A DNA stretch of 64,000 nucleotides from Octopus sinensis (taxonomy: Eukaryota): NCBI RefSeq assembly GCF_006345805.1, contig NC_043006.1:6076001-6140000 (forward strand), written 5' to 3'. The position numbers were made by a program, and so were the translations under genes. The notes under the pieces were generated by a model. It worked only from the letters and a program-made list of their open reading frames with translations, was not told the origin of the DNA and made no database searches. Positions 24,561 to 38,306 of this stretch are shown here, one piece after another (the stretch's first letter is position 1; every line of letters starts with the position of its first letter).

Positions 24561-27500
24561 TCCACGTTTACGGTTTAAACCATGTTTGTGTTCTCCCAGT
24601 CAACAGCCTTATCATTACTGGTACTTTAAACTCTTTGACTGCATATTTGTGTGAATAAAATCGTTTTTCTTTGGAATAGAAAAAAAGTCTATCTTTATTT
24701 CTTCTTTTGCTGGTGTCTCAAATTTAGGTTAAATCAGTGTTTCTCAAAGGGGAGGCCTATGGGATGGTCGGACAAGTTGTTTTGAGAAAATTTGGTTTAA
24801 ATGTTTGACAACTCAGCACCATCCATTAGACAGGGGGCGTTTTGCACGTTCATATATAAAAATATATCCTTGATCAAGACTGCTGTTAGTATCTGCTTAA
24901 CTTCAAAACCTAAATGAAGACAAAGTCTTACAGATTATAAAAATGTCTAACTTCACTTTCACAGGTAACTGCTTTGAACAAAAATACCCTTTGCTGACTT
25001 AAGAAGTAAGAAACTGCAATTCAATAATTAGAAGAAACACCATTAACTTATAGAAGGAATTAAAAGGTGTGGGGCTACAAAACAGTTTGGGCCTATCTAA
25101 CTTTTGACTTGAATTCAAAACCTATCATATTTAGATGAGAGGAAGGTGAGTGAAATGATAACCTCTCAAAAGAAATGAAGAGAGAAAACAGCAATAATGT
25201 CTCCAACAGTGAACACCAACTAAAGTCATTTCATTTAAACCAGCCATATCCGGCCAAAATATTTAATCTGTTTTATGTTCAAACTGACCAGATCCAGGCC
25301 CTCACACCTACCCTACAATGTTATTCTACATTAAGTAATTACACCATCAAGATCTTGAAGATATGAGATAATGCAGGATTAATTCAAATCAATGTGAATC
25401 AATAAGCATTATGTTTGATACAATAATCAGAACATTAAAGGGTTAAGAGAAAAAACAGTCAAGAAAACAGGTTATAATTTTAGTGCATAAACAGCAAACT
25501 TTATTGAAAACATATTTGAAAATTCTATTATTTGCAGACAGTGAGATAGATGTTTACCATTAATCACAGTACATATATTACATTTAAAAAGGAAACGGAT
25601 TTCACCTATACAGAACAGCTTTTTTAGAGGGAAGCTTAAAAGGAGTAACCAGTTCAGTTATATCATTCCAATATAACCATCATAAACCCTTAGGTTGATG
25701 TTTCCCTGTTGGGATGGGATTTTGATTTTCCTTCACAATAGTTTGAAGTTATTTTATAGTAATCTCAGATTTTTGATAAAACAGATAATTAATTTTTTTT
25801 TTTAAATTAAATAAAAGTGATACTAATATCAACAATAAGAAACTGTGTACCAATTAACCAATTATATATATATATATATATAAATATATCAAATAATATT
25901 TAAGTAAGAAATGAAATAAAAACATCAATTAAAATCAACAATCCTTGAAGATAACTAAAAAATGACATCTAATCCAATACCTTTTGTATGTGTGTGTGTG
26001 TGGTTCTGGAATAAATAAAATATCACAAACAGGAAAAAATAATTGGTGAATTCTGTACAATTATTTGGATCTTGTTTAAAATAGATTACAGTGTCATCAA
26101 AACGTTGTTTGAATATTATATCAGATGAACAACCCACAAGCATACAGGGTGTCCATTAATACAAAGATTTAAAGATGTAAAAAAAAAATATATAAAAGTT
26201 TTTCATTAATGACAATAAACACAGAAATAGCAGCAGATAAATATGAAAAGACTCAAATCATGAACCTTAGAAAAGCGAAGTTTTCACTAATTATATGTAT
26301 AAATATATATATATATATACATATATATATGTATATAGCAGAAAAGCAAAATAATTATTTGGCTCCAAAATGAAGTTGAACACAGCCACACATAAAATTT
26401 TCCACAGCCAAATTAGATTTGAGGTCCTTGACCATTGAAAGCTGGTTGGATTCCAGCTGATTGACAGCCACATTGGCTGCGTTCAAGCAATCTCGCTGCC
26501 AACCAACAGGCTTAAAATTGTTTTAAATAATGAGGAAAGGTCTTTCTGATTTAAATTAAGTTAATCCTTTCATGAGTATGATGCTTAAAGCAGATGTGTG
26601 GAATATCTCTAGAGAATACTTGTGTTTTAGAGATAACTTTCTTCAGAAGTGCTGAGGAAATACGGAATTAAGAATCTTGACCAGAATGCCTGCGATAAGA
26701 TAGATATTTCTGGAAGCACTCCGTCGGTTACGACGACGAGTGTTCCGGTTGATCCGAATCAACGGAACAGCCTGCTCGTGAAATTAACGTGTAAGTGGCT
26801 GAGCACTCCACAGACACGTGTACCCTTAACGCAGTTCTCGGGGATATTCAGCATGACACAGAGAGTGACAAAGCCGGCCCTTTGAAATACAGGTACAACA
26901 GAAACAGGAAGTAAGAGTGAGAGAAAGTTGTGGTGAAAGAGTACAGCAGGGATCACCACCATCCCCTGCCGGAGCCTCGTGGAGCTTTTAGGTGCTTTCG
27001 CTCACAACGCCCGGTCTGGGAATCGAAACCGCGATCCTATGACTGCGAGTCTGCTGCCCTAACCACTGGGCCATATTTACAAACCATGAAGAAGGCATCC
27101 AATGCTTTCGTTAATTAATTATATGAAACTAAAACAAATTCCCTGTAGGAAACGAAGCATTTATGTGATTAAATGTAACAAATCTAAAAAAGAAATAAAA
27201 TTAACTGATTTTGCATCACAGTTGGTCATGGATTACATTTCTTCTTTTCTGTCTAAATATATATTCATTGTGTGTGAGGAACTATTTCATATTCTGCAAG
27301 GATTTCAGTTAAAATTAATCAAATGTTACTTGTAATTATTACAGCAAAACAAATTAACAGAAAAATAATTAACATTTTTTTTTATATATAATATAAACAA
27401 AACTAAGATTTAAAAAAGTAATTCCCATCAAATGCTTTAATTATACGATGCAGACAAGGTGATATTTTTGTCTTTGAATGTAGTGATGCAATTAAAACAG

Positions 27501-28337
27501 CAGAAATAACAGGTAATATTACCCTTACTTTAATTATAATTTCTTTTAATTAAGCATAAAACTGTTTTTGTAAAGAAGAAACAATAATAAATTAAACTTA
27601 TCTCATTATGTAATTAAAAGTTATTTTAATAAACACAGAGAAATTAAACCCAAAATATAGAGCAAACTTTAGGAAATTTTACTATAATTACTAACTCATT
27701 AATCTCTTATTTTATGATAATTAATAGGATTGATAGATTAAATTACTTAATAAATATGCTTCTAATCCTTTTAATACCCGCCCAATATAAGGCCACCCCT
27801 TGTTCTAGGTTAATTCTTATTTTAAAGCAATCTAAATTAAATGTTTCTATAAAAGTTTCATGTTAATTTATGTTCAATACCAGTTCAATTATGACAAATT
27901 TTTTTTTATACTTGAAGATGGTCATTTTTTGCCAATCAAACACACGTGCTATTTATTTGATCTTAATTTTAATTTTATTAGTGTTATTTATTTTTTGTTT
28001 ATTTGTCCGTCAATGTTCTTTGGTCACACATTCTGTGACCTCTTCAGAGACTCTCAATCCCATGCGTTTCCTCTTGCCCTGCCTAATAAAACTAAAGTGA
28101 AGATCAAATAATTAGTATGTATGCTTAATTGGCAAAAAGTGACCATTTCCAAGTATAACGATATCTGTTTCAACATGTTCCCACATGGGGAATCTTGCAA
28201 AACAAATACATAAATGTAATGGCAAGCTTATTTTACTAAAATTCTGCATTTAAAAAATGAATTGTAATAAAGGCATAGTATTTCAACAGAAATATGGAAA
28301 TAAAATGGTTAAAGAGAAATGAAACAGAGGTATACCT

Positions 28338-28554
28338 ATTTCTTTACTACCCACAAGGGGCTAAACACAGACAGACAAAGGGATTAAGTCGATTAGATCG
28401 ACCCCAGTGTTTCACTGGTACTTAATTTATCGACCCCGAAAGGATGAAAGGCAAAGTCGACCTCGGCGGAATTTGAACTCAGAACATAGCGGCAGACGAA
28501 ATACTGCTAAGAATATCACCCAGCATGCTAACGATTCTGCCAGCTCGCCGCCTT
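28338..28554 (-). mobile_element. Full-length family A SINE with 16-bp TSD
   Basis: AAACAGAGGTATACCT at 28322-28337 and 28555-28570. Confidence 0.9.
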
Positions 28555-31399
28555 AAACAGAGGTATACCTTCAAGGTGTGCTACTAAATATACTTCTGCA
28601 TTATTTCTATCAATTTGCTATTTAACATTATATTATGCAATGTTTGGTAAAAAGCAAAAATTAGTGTAGATACTTCCATGATGGAAAAATAAACAAAGTT
28701 TCAAAGGTATTTATGTTTTTTTTTTAGATATTCCTGTATCTGAAAGCATAGTAACATTCTCCAATTTTCTTCTTAATTAAAAAAAAAATGGTCACTGAAG
28801 CTAGGAAAGAAGATAACCATTGAAAAAGTCATGTTAGGCTACAGAAAAATAGAAGGATATTTGAAGAGAATAGTAGAGCAACAAACTTTTAGAAAATTGA
28901 ATAATTTTGTTGCTAAGAAAAACATCACCAGAAGTTGTAAAAAAACCAACTTAATTAAAATTCAATATTAATTAGAATTATTTTTGTTTTTATTAGTACT
29001 TTTTGATTACCAAAGTGCCAATTCTGAGATATTGTTTTTGCTTATTCTAGCTTTTCACTTGTTTGGTTATTTTTATGACATTCTTCAATTCACAGTTAGG
29101 TTCACAAGGTAAACATGAAATGACTTTTCTTGTGCTTTTCTTTTAGTTCTACTGAAATAAAAAGAAGATTCTGCTGCATTTGGAAAATGTCGACAATCTG
29201 GATCAAGTTGATATTTTTAGAACATCATCATCATCATCATTTTCTAAAAATAAATTAATTCGTCTTATAAAACTGATCTAACTTTTAATATCAGACCAAT
29301 TGCTACATAAATTGATAAAGTAGATGTAGACACAACTGGACATTTATACACTGATACAGTATATGATGTCTTTGATATCATACAATATATATATATACAC
29401 CATGACATGTCTGAGTTTTTGCCAACAGACAAACATACGGCACTGACAGAGTTCTGAGCATTTTACTAATTTACATTCAATTACAATGATAATAACTAGT
29501 CTCCAGGGAAACATAATCATTCCTTTTTACTCCAGGTGTAGCAATATAACTGCAGATCTGTTCAGCCCATGCTAGACAAATCAGACTTGAAGTAATGATT
29601 GATAACAATTTTTTTTTTTTTTAGCAAGAACTGTGTTTTAATAAAACAAATCACTTCCCTTCTGACACTGGTGCTGCCGAAGACAAAAGACAATATGAAA
29701 ACCACCAGGATTTGAACTCAGAACAGAGATATTGACCTTCATATACTACAGCCCAGTTTTCACAATATCTACCACCATACTAGAAAGTATTCTTGATTTC
29801 ATCCCACTAGGCAAGAAGAAAACAGTCCTTTGGTTTCCGTGGTAAATTTTTTATTGTCAGGTACAGAAATGAAAGCAGATTCTGACAAGGTTCAGATACA
29901 GAATAAGTTTGGAACAAACAAGTCACAAAAATTATATGCTTTCTGACATTGCACTTTGTTAGCCTTCTGCGTCATTGAGCTTCCTGATTTCATGTAGCAA
30001 GTCACAAGATCCTATTCTTCTAGATGTGTAACGGTCATCCAAATCAATCTCAGTATATTACAGGTATTTATTTTAAATCCAGATAGATGACAACATGATC
30101 AGTCTAGGTATGACTTAAAAACGAAATAGAAAAAGAAAATTAAATAATGAAAAGCATTTGGTTTCAGTATTAACCATCTTGGACTCTAGTTCTGTACAGA
30201 AGTATTATGAACAATAGTACTTGTTCATAATACTTGTATGTTGGATTTGGAATGGAAAAATGGTACTTGCGTTGGATTCGGAATGGGATAAAAAAACCAA
30301 CACACAGTAAGAAACATTTCAAGAGAATAAAAATATGAAACTTAAGAAATATTTGATTCCCTTCATAGACTTGCCTGGCTTCCTTCCTTCCAAATATGAC
30401 CATCCATCTATTCCAATCAGTCATTTAACAATCATATAGCTATACTGATAAAGGATTGGATGGGTCTGCCAATTCAGATATTTGTACGACACATTGAAAA
30501 TTATATTTCATTAGTGGAAGCACTTCTTTAGGCCATCTATCATAAGGTGATATAGTACCTATTTTCTCATCAAACAGGTTAGAGTAATGTCCAACACATA
30601 ATTCTTTACTTATAAGGCTACAAGTTTAGAAAGATACCTAGCTCCATAACCCCTCAATAGGTATACCAGTTGCCATTAATACTTTATTTTACTAAAACAA
30701 ATTACTCTTCAACAGTTCCTGACTAATGTCACTTTCATGGCTCCCCCAGAAGCACATTAAAGACTCGTTGCCACAACTATGTCCATTCATATGAACCACA
30801 AGGTATTTTTGAAGTTTCTGGTCAAACAGAAAAATTTTCATCACCAGAAAAACCAAACATTTATGATCAAGTTTTCTGTTTGCATGACTATGATGCTGCT
30901 CCGTTGGTGCAATTATTTTCACATTTGGACACCCTACACACTACCGTAGATAATAGGTAGAAAATACATACTTGAAATCTTTGAAAGTGTGTAAGTATGC
31001 TAACAAAAGGAGGAAATAATCAGTTAAAAAATGTCTGCAATAGTGGCAGGCTTCAACTAGCTATCAGAACTGGTGTCCAAGTTGTTTAAAAATATTCATT
31101 TTCCTCATAGAAATACAGTCCCACATAACAGAACAAGATCGCATTCTATGGTGTCTTCCACAAAACATTACTACTGAGAGATAAATATTGCCCTGGAGAG
31201 AATGTAAACTAGTTTGCAAACTCCTCTCAAGTTGATTAACTCAATTCTAACATTCATCCTATCTAGCACTTATTTTAATCTCTTTCCACTCTCAATATTT
31301 CTGTACATTTTAATAACAATGTATATTTCTTGAACAGTTGGAATTCAAGATAAAATATATCATACATATATCTATCTATCTCTCTCTATATATATATAA

Positions 31400-31433
<34 letters not shown>

Positions 31434-32759
31434 GTATCGAATATATAAATATATAATAATAATATATACATATTATATATACATATATATATATATATAT
31501 ATGATCCAATATCTAGGCAAGAAGCTCAAAAGAGAGCAGTAACGTTGAACTCCATCCCTCACCAAAAGCCACTCCAACAAAGGTGGAAAGTGGAAAGATG
31601 ACAACAATGGAGGTGCTCCAGCATGGCCACAGTCATCATTGGACTGAAACAATTTGAAAGAATAAAAGAATAATATATATATATATGAGATATGCTGTGA
31701 CTTCGAAGACCCAACAAATGAAGTGAGTTCATGGTTCGTAGGACGGCCTGCTGTGCTAACCTTGGATCGTAGAGTGACCCGCTGTTCTTGAGGAGACCTA
31801 TTGAGTCAAGTACATCAACACCAACATCAAAATAAAAATCAAATAGAAATTGTAGTTAAAGTACCCGTGTTGGTGACATGTAAAAAGCACTGTCCAAACA
31901 TGGCAGAAGCCAGCGCCACCTGACTGGCGTCCGTGTCGGTGACACGTAAAAGCACCAACAGATCGTGGCCGTTTGCCAGCCTCCCCTGGCCCCTGTGCTG
32001 ATGGCACTTAAAGAACACCCACTACACTCAGGGAGTGGTTGGCATTTGGAAGGGCATCCAGCTGTAGAAACATTGTCAGATCAGACTGGGCCTGGTGCAG
32101 CCTTCTGGCTTCCCAGATCCCGGTCGAACCGTCCAAACCATGCTAGCATGGAAAATGGACATTAGACAATGATGATGATGATAAATATGATATATATAAT
32201 ATATATATATAATAAATATAATATATACATATAATAAATATAATATATATACAATATATAATATATATATAATAATTATAATATATATATATATGTGTGT
32301 GTGAGTTTATTTTTTTTTATGCACTCTTTTCAAGCCTAGACAGGCTCATGGGCCCGGTTTCTGTGGCATTATATATATATATGTACAATATATATATATA
32401 CATAATATATATACAATATATTTATATACATAATATATATACAATATATTTATATATATATATATTAGACATATATGATATGTATATATAATATATATAT
32501 ACATACATATTAGACATATATGATATGTATATATAATATATATATATATACATACATACATATTAGACATATATGATATGTATATATAATATATATATAC
32601 ATACATACATACATATATATATATATATATGAAAGAAAAAAGATGCTCAGAATGCTGGTTGGTTGTAAAAATATATATTTATTTATATATCATATATTAT
32701 TATTATTTCATATTAGCGCTTTCAACTACTCCTGTAGTTCCATCTGATGAAATACCAAC

Positions 32760-33107
32760 AAAATACCGGCGTGCCCGCCCAGCCAGTGGGATGGTGTCAT
32801 CTTATGGCTAAAACAGCACGAAGAACGAAGAGAAAAGGAAAAGGGCCTCAGTACCCTGCACGGCAATCGGGCCACTCCATGACAGCGGAGTGCAACTCGA
32901 GCGACGAGAGGCTGCTAAGAATCACAGGTTCCCGAAAGCCGTCATGGAACAGGACTAAACTTGCCATGTGCACCTACAACTGCAGGTCCATGGCAGGGTG
33001 GCAAGAACTGAACCACCTAATGGAGGAGAGGAAGAAGATCAGGTGCGACGTGTTAGGGCTGTGCGAGACACGCTGGAAGAAGGAAGCGAGTATACAATGG
33101 CAAGATG

Positions 33108-33108
<1 letters not shown>
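32760..33108 (+). mobile_element. LINE (RTE-like) 5' fragment encoding the start of an AP endonuclease
   Basis: MCTYNCRS...[25 protein letters not shown] matches APE motifs I-II; the fragment ends in (TA)n. Confidence 0.75.
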
Positions 33109-33154
<46 letters not shown>

Positions 33155-33595
33155 ACTTACATGTATATATACATATATATATATGCACATATATGTGTAT
33201 ATATATATATATATATAATATATATATACATATATATATACATGTATATGTGTATATAGATGTATACTTACATATATGTCTATGCACATATCTATCTATA
33301 TATATATAATATATATACATATATGTATAGACATATACATATATGGATACACACACACACACATATATATATATATATTTTTTTTCTTTTCTAGTTTCAG
33401 TTCTGAGCTGCGGCCATGCTGATGCACTGCCGTTTTGTGCTACACTCTTATTACTAAGAGCCTCCTCTAATATGTGGCACTTGGTGAAGAATGGAGTTTG
33501 ATACAGCTACTCTCATTTGCACCTCTTGCCATGAGGTAGGTTCATCTGGGACTATCGACAGGAAGAGGTTCAGCTTTGATTTAAAAACCCCCTAC

Positions 33596-33634
<39 letters not shown>

Positions 33635-34094
33635 TATATGCACACGTAAATATACATATATACATGAGATATGCAATGTTGAAGTTTTGTAGTACACTTA
33701 TTCCAAGAATAAATACTTAAATTTTATGTATCTTCCTTGAAAATTGGATGTATCTGCACTTTCAATGGGGCTCTGCCCAATGTTATAAACCCCATTGGGA
33801 GGATGAGGGTTTAAACAATATTGTATGATGGTAAAATTTTGAAAATCATCTTTATGTAGTACCTAGTAGTTATGTTATTATTTTCATTGAAATCTGAGTT
33901 ATTTCTAATTTCACAGGGGTTGTTTGTGCCCCTTTAAGCCCCCTAATTACAACGGAAGCTAAATTTTATGTAGCTCATTGTCTTTCTCATAAAATTTTAG
34001 ATGAGAACACATACCTTGTTTTTATTTTCCTTCTACTCCCTTTCAGGCTATAAACGTACAGACAGACGTTGAGCTTTAGCATGTATATATACAT

Positions 34095-34125
<31 letters not shown>

Positions 34126-34677
34126 GGTAACAATAATAATAAAAAAGTGACGAGAAAAGAATGAGACCTCGATATTAGGTAAATAGAGGATATTTATATA
34201 TTTTAGGACAATCAGTGAGTTGTCATAATTGTACTGAGAGTTTCAAATGCTGGAGTTAAGAGCATTCGATGCATTCTCGTTGGTTATTAATGGCAATAGA
34301 AGCTATAAAAAAACGTTGAATAAAAGGAAAGTTACTATAATAGGTAGGAAAAAGTATAAAAGATTAAAAAAATGCATGCAACCATATTCTCACAATACAT
34401 AGACATAAAAACCTCCTGCGTTCATAACGTTTACATACATACACACTCACACAAACATGTATATGTACATGCACATACACACACAAACATATGTGCATGC
34501 ATGTACCCGTACACATATCCACACACACACATACATATATTTGTATATATATACATATATGTATGTATATGTGCATGCAACTTCATTCGCATATACACAT
34601 AGGTGTATGCCTGCATACATATATATCTAGACATTTTACATCTAAATATATGTGTGCATATATATATATATATATAT

Positions 34678-37476
34678 CATCATCATCATCATCATCATCG
34701 TTTAACGTCCGCTTTCCGCGCTAGCACGGGTTGGACGGTTTGACCGGGTCTGGGAAGCCAGGGGCCGCTCCAGGCTCCAGTCTGAATCTGGCAGAGTTTC
34801 TACGGCTGGATGCCCTTCCTAACGCCAACCACTCCGTGAGTGGATTGGGTGCTTTTTACGTGCCACCTGCACAGGGGCCGGAGGGTCCGGCATCGTCACG
34901 ATCGGATTCGAGCATTTTAACGTGTCAGCGGCACGGGGGCAACGAGGTCCGGGGTACTTTGGGGACTGGGGTATTTTGGGGATCCGGGGTACTTTGGGGA
35001 TCCGGGGTACTTAGAATGGGTAGGGGGGTACTTAGAATGGGTAGGGGGGTGGGATCCGGGGTACTTAGAATGGGTAGGGGGGTACTTAGAATGGGTAGGG
35101 GGGTACTTAGAATGGGTAGGTGACGAGGCGGGAGGGTACTAAAAGGGGATGGTCGGATTGAGGCAGTGTCAGGAGGAAGCGTAAGATCGGTGGGCAGTTG
35201 ATGAGCTATGGCGCTAGCAGCTTGTCTTAAGCATATGAGGAGAAGTGGTAGTGGGAGGAGGAGGAGGGAGTAGGGCGTACCCAGTGTAGATGAGTAAGGT
35301 GTATCCGGTGTAGATAGAGAGAACGGGGTATACTGGTATTGGTGGTGGGGGGGGTGAGAACAGTGTTCAACGGTATTGGTGGTGGGGGTGAGAACAGTGT
35401 TCAACGGTATTGGTGGTGGGGGTGGGGGGGGGCGGGCGCACCGCCAATGACTGAAAGATGGGAAAAAGATGGGATTACGGCTTGAGGCAGCCTGCGGTTA
35501 AATATTGTAGAGAGAGAGATAGGAAGATAAATCAAGTTATGGCGAAGGCTTGAAAGTATCTTAAAAAAGGTTAAATTTTCGTAACAGTGTATGAATAAAC
35601 GTATTAACAACGAATAAAAATATAGTAAGATAAATTTTTTAAGAACTTGCTGCGGTCATCGAGCGGAGTTGAAATTGAAGAAGAAAGTAGTTGAACTGGG
35701 AATTTAAATTGCAGAATCGTAATAGTAATAGTAATGGCGGTTTTCAAGTTTTAGCATATGAAGAAGAAGAGGAGGAAAAAGAAAAAAGAAGACCGCCAAT
35801 GACTGAAAGATGGGAAAAAGATGGGATTACGGCTTGAGGCAGCCTGCGGTTAAATATTGTAGAGAGAGAGATAGGAAGATAAATCAAGTTATGGCGAAGG
35901 CTTGAAAGTATCTTAAAAAAGGTTAAATTTTCGTAACAGTGTATGAATAAACGTATTAACAACGAATAAAAAATATAGTAAGATAAATTTTTTAAGAACT
36001 TGCTGCGGTCATCGAGCGGGAGTTGAAATTGAAGAAGAAAGTAGTTGAACTGGGAATTTAAATTGCAGAATCGTAATAGTAATAGTAATGGCGGTTTTCA
36101 AGTTTTAGCATATGAAGAAGAAGAGGAGGAAAAAAAAAAAGAAGACCGCCAATGACTGAAAGATGGGAAAAAGATGGGATTACGGCTTGAGGCAGCCTGC
36201 GGTTAAATATTGTAGAGAGAGAGATAGGAAGATAAATCAAGTTATGGCGAAGGCTTGAAAGTATCTTAAAAAAGGTTAAATTTTCGTAACAGTGTATGAA
36301 TAAACGTATTAACAACGAATAAAAAATATAGTAAGATAAATTTTTTAGAACTTGCTGCGGTCATCGAGCGGGAGTTGAAATTGAAGAAGAAAGTAGTTGA
36401 ACTGGGAATTTAAATTGCAGAATCGTAATAGTAATAGTAATGGCGGTTTTCAAGTTTTAGCATATGAAGAAGAAGAGGAGGAAAAAGAAAAAAGAAGACC
36501 GCCAATGACTGAAAGATGGGAAAAAGATGGGATTACGGCTTGAGGCAGCCTGCGGTTAAATATTGTAGAGAGAGAGATAGGAAGATAAATCAAGTTATGG
36601 CGAAGGCTTGAAAGTATCTTAAAAAAGGTTAAATTTTCGTAACAGTGTATGAATAAACGTATTAACAACGAATAAAAAATATAGTAAGATAAATTTTTTA
36701 AGAACTTGCTGCGGTCATCGAGCGGGAGTTGAAATTGAAGAAGAAAGTAGTTGAACTGGGAATTTAAATTGCAGAATCGTAATAGTAATAGTAATGGCGG
36801 TTTTCAAGTTTTAGCATATGAAGAAGAAGAGGAGGAAAAAAAAAAAGAAGACCGCCAATGACTGAAAGATGGGAAAAAGATGGGATTACGGCTTGAGGCA
36901 GCCTGCGGTTAAATATTGTAGAGAGAGAGATAGGAAGATAAATCAAGTTATGGCGAAGGCTTGAAAGTATCTTAAAAAAGGTTAAATTTTCGTAACAGTG
37001 TATGAATAAACGTATTAACAACGAATAAAAAATATAGTAAGATAAATTTTTTAAGAACTTGCTGCGGTCATCGAGCGGGAGTTGAAATTGAAGAAGAAAG
37101 TAGTTGAACTGGGAATTTAAATTGCAGAATCGTAATAGTAATAGTAATGGCGGTTTTCAAGTTTTAGCATATGAAGAAGAAGAGGAGGAAAAAGAAAAAA
37201 GAAGACCGCCAATGACTGAAAGATGGGAAAAAGATGGGATTACGGCTTGAGGCAGCCTGCGGTTAAATATTGTAGAGAGAGAGATAGGAAGATAAATCAA
37301 GTTATGGCGAAGGCTTGAAAGTATCTTAAAAAAGGTTAAATTTTCGTAACAGTGTATGAATAAACGTATTAACAACGAATAAAAAAAATATAGTAAGATA
37401 AATTTTTTTTTAAGAACTTGCTGCGGTCATCGAGCGGGAGTTGAAATTGAAGAAGAAAGTAGTTGAACTGGGAATT
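34678..37476 (-). mobile_element. Young non-autonomous retroelement: 353-bp monomer array + GC-rich VNTR + RTE-type 3' tail
   Basis: On + strand: (CAT)n tail at 34678, CpG-intact RTE 3' UTR to about 34945, G-rich subrepeats to 35439, monomer array to 37476. (TA)n lies on both flanks. Confidence 0.75.
35440..37476. repeat. Tandem array of about 353-bp units, 5 full copies plus 1 partial
   Basis: Units start at 35440, 35792, 36145, 36498, 36851 and 37205 and are nearly identical. Confidence 0.97.
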
Positions 37477-38268
37477 ATATATATACATATTTATATATAT
37501 ATGTATATATACATACATACATACATACATACAGGCATACATTCACACTCACTGCGTATACGAATATACACGTATGTACATAAGAAGCCACTGTAAATTC
37601 TACAAACGTTAATAACACAGTTTCATCAATTAGACATGTGGGTCTCATGGAGGGAAATTTTAAAGTTCACCTTAAGCTTTAGACACTGGGATAAACGGAA
37701 AACTACCAAATTATCCAGTCAGATATGGTTCTTAAAAGAACAAGGTCTCAGCTGTAGGATTTACTGGAAGACCTTGGCCAAGTGTAAACCTTATACCAAC
37801 GGTAGTGGCAAGTGTGGTCTTTGTGATATGGAAAGATGGCTCATCTGGAAAGTTCCTTGGACACTGGTACATGTCTAAATTCAAGAAATGAACTCTTCGG
37901 ATCATGTCCACACATGACAAAATACTAGTTACAGTTTTGGGTGCCCCAAGATCATGGATAGAATCTTCACTTTTATTATGTTCCTGCACAAGCTTTCCAT
38001 ATGTCTTAACATTTTTTACTGTTTTATATGTATTTTTTTCATTTTTTTCTTTTTAATTGTGTGATTGTGTACATGTGTAAGTATATGTATATGTACATAT
38101 GTATTAAATGTGTATGTGTGTGCGTGTGTATATATGTGTATGCGTCTATGTATATGAGTGTAGGACTGTGTCTGGTGCATAAGTGCGACTTTCGAGCACA
38201 CATCCACTTCTTTTATACGTATATGCATATGCTTGTATATCTGGTTGTGTATGATAGGAGGATGTATA

Positions 38269-38306
<38 letters not shown>

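Noticed and set aside
29040-29245. Possible terminal exon on the - strand (ENDDDDDVLKIST*)
   Set aside because: The acidic run comes from a (GAT)n microsatellite and no upstream partner exon was found.
32760-32825. HDV-like ribozyme in the LINE 5' UTR
   Set aside because: A GCTAA motif is present, but I could not build the P1-P3 nested pseudoknot.
35440-35792. Hammerhead inside the 353-bp monomer (retrozyme-type tandem)
   Set aside because: CTGAAAGA and CTCGATGA are present, but I found no matching stem II-GAAA-stem III arrangement on either strand.
35401-37375. Six repeated ORFs MLIRLFIHCYENLTFF... as a tandem gene family or CRISPR-like array
   Set aside because: They start at a non-ATG codon, are frame-disrupted between units, and have no unique spacers. 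They are by-products of the 353-bp monomer.
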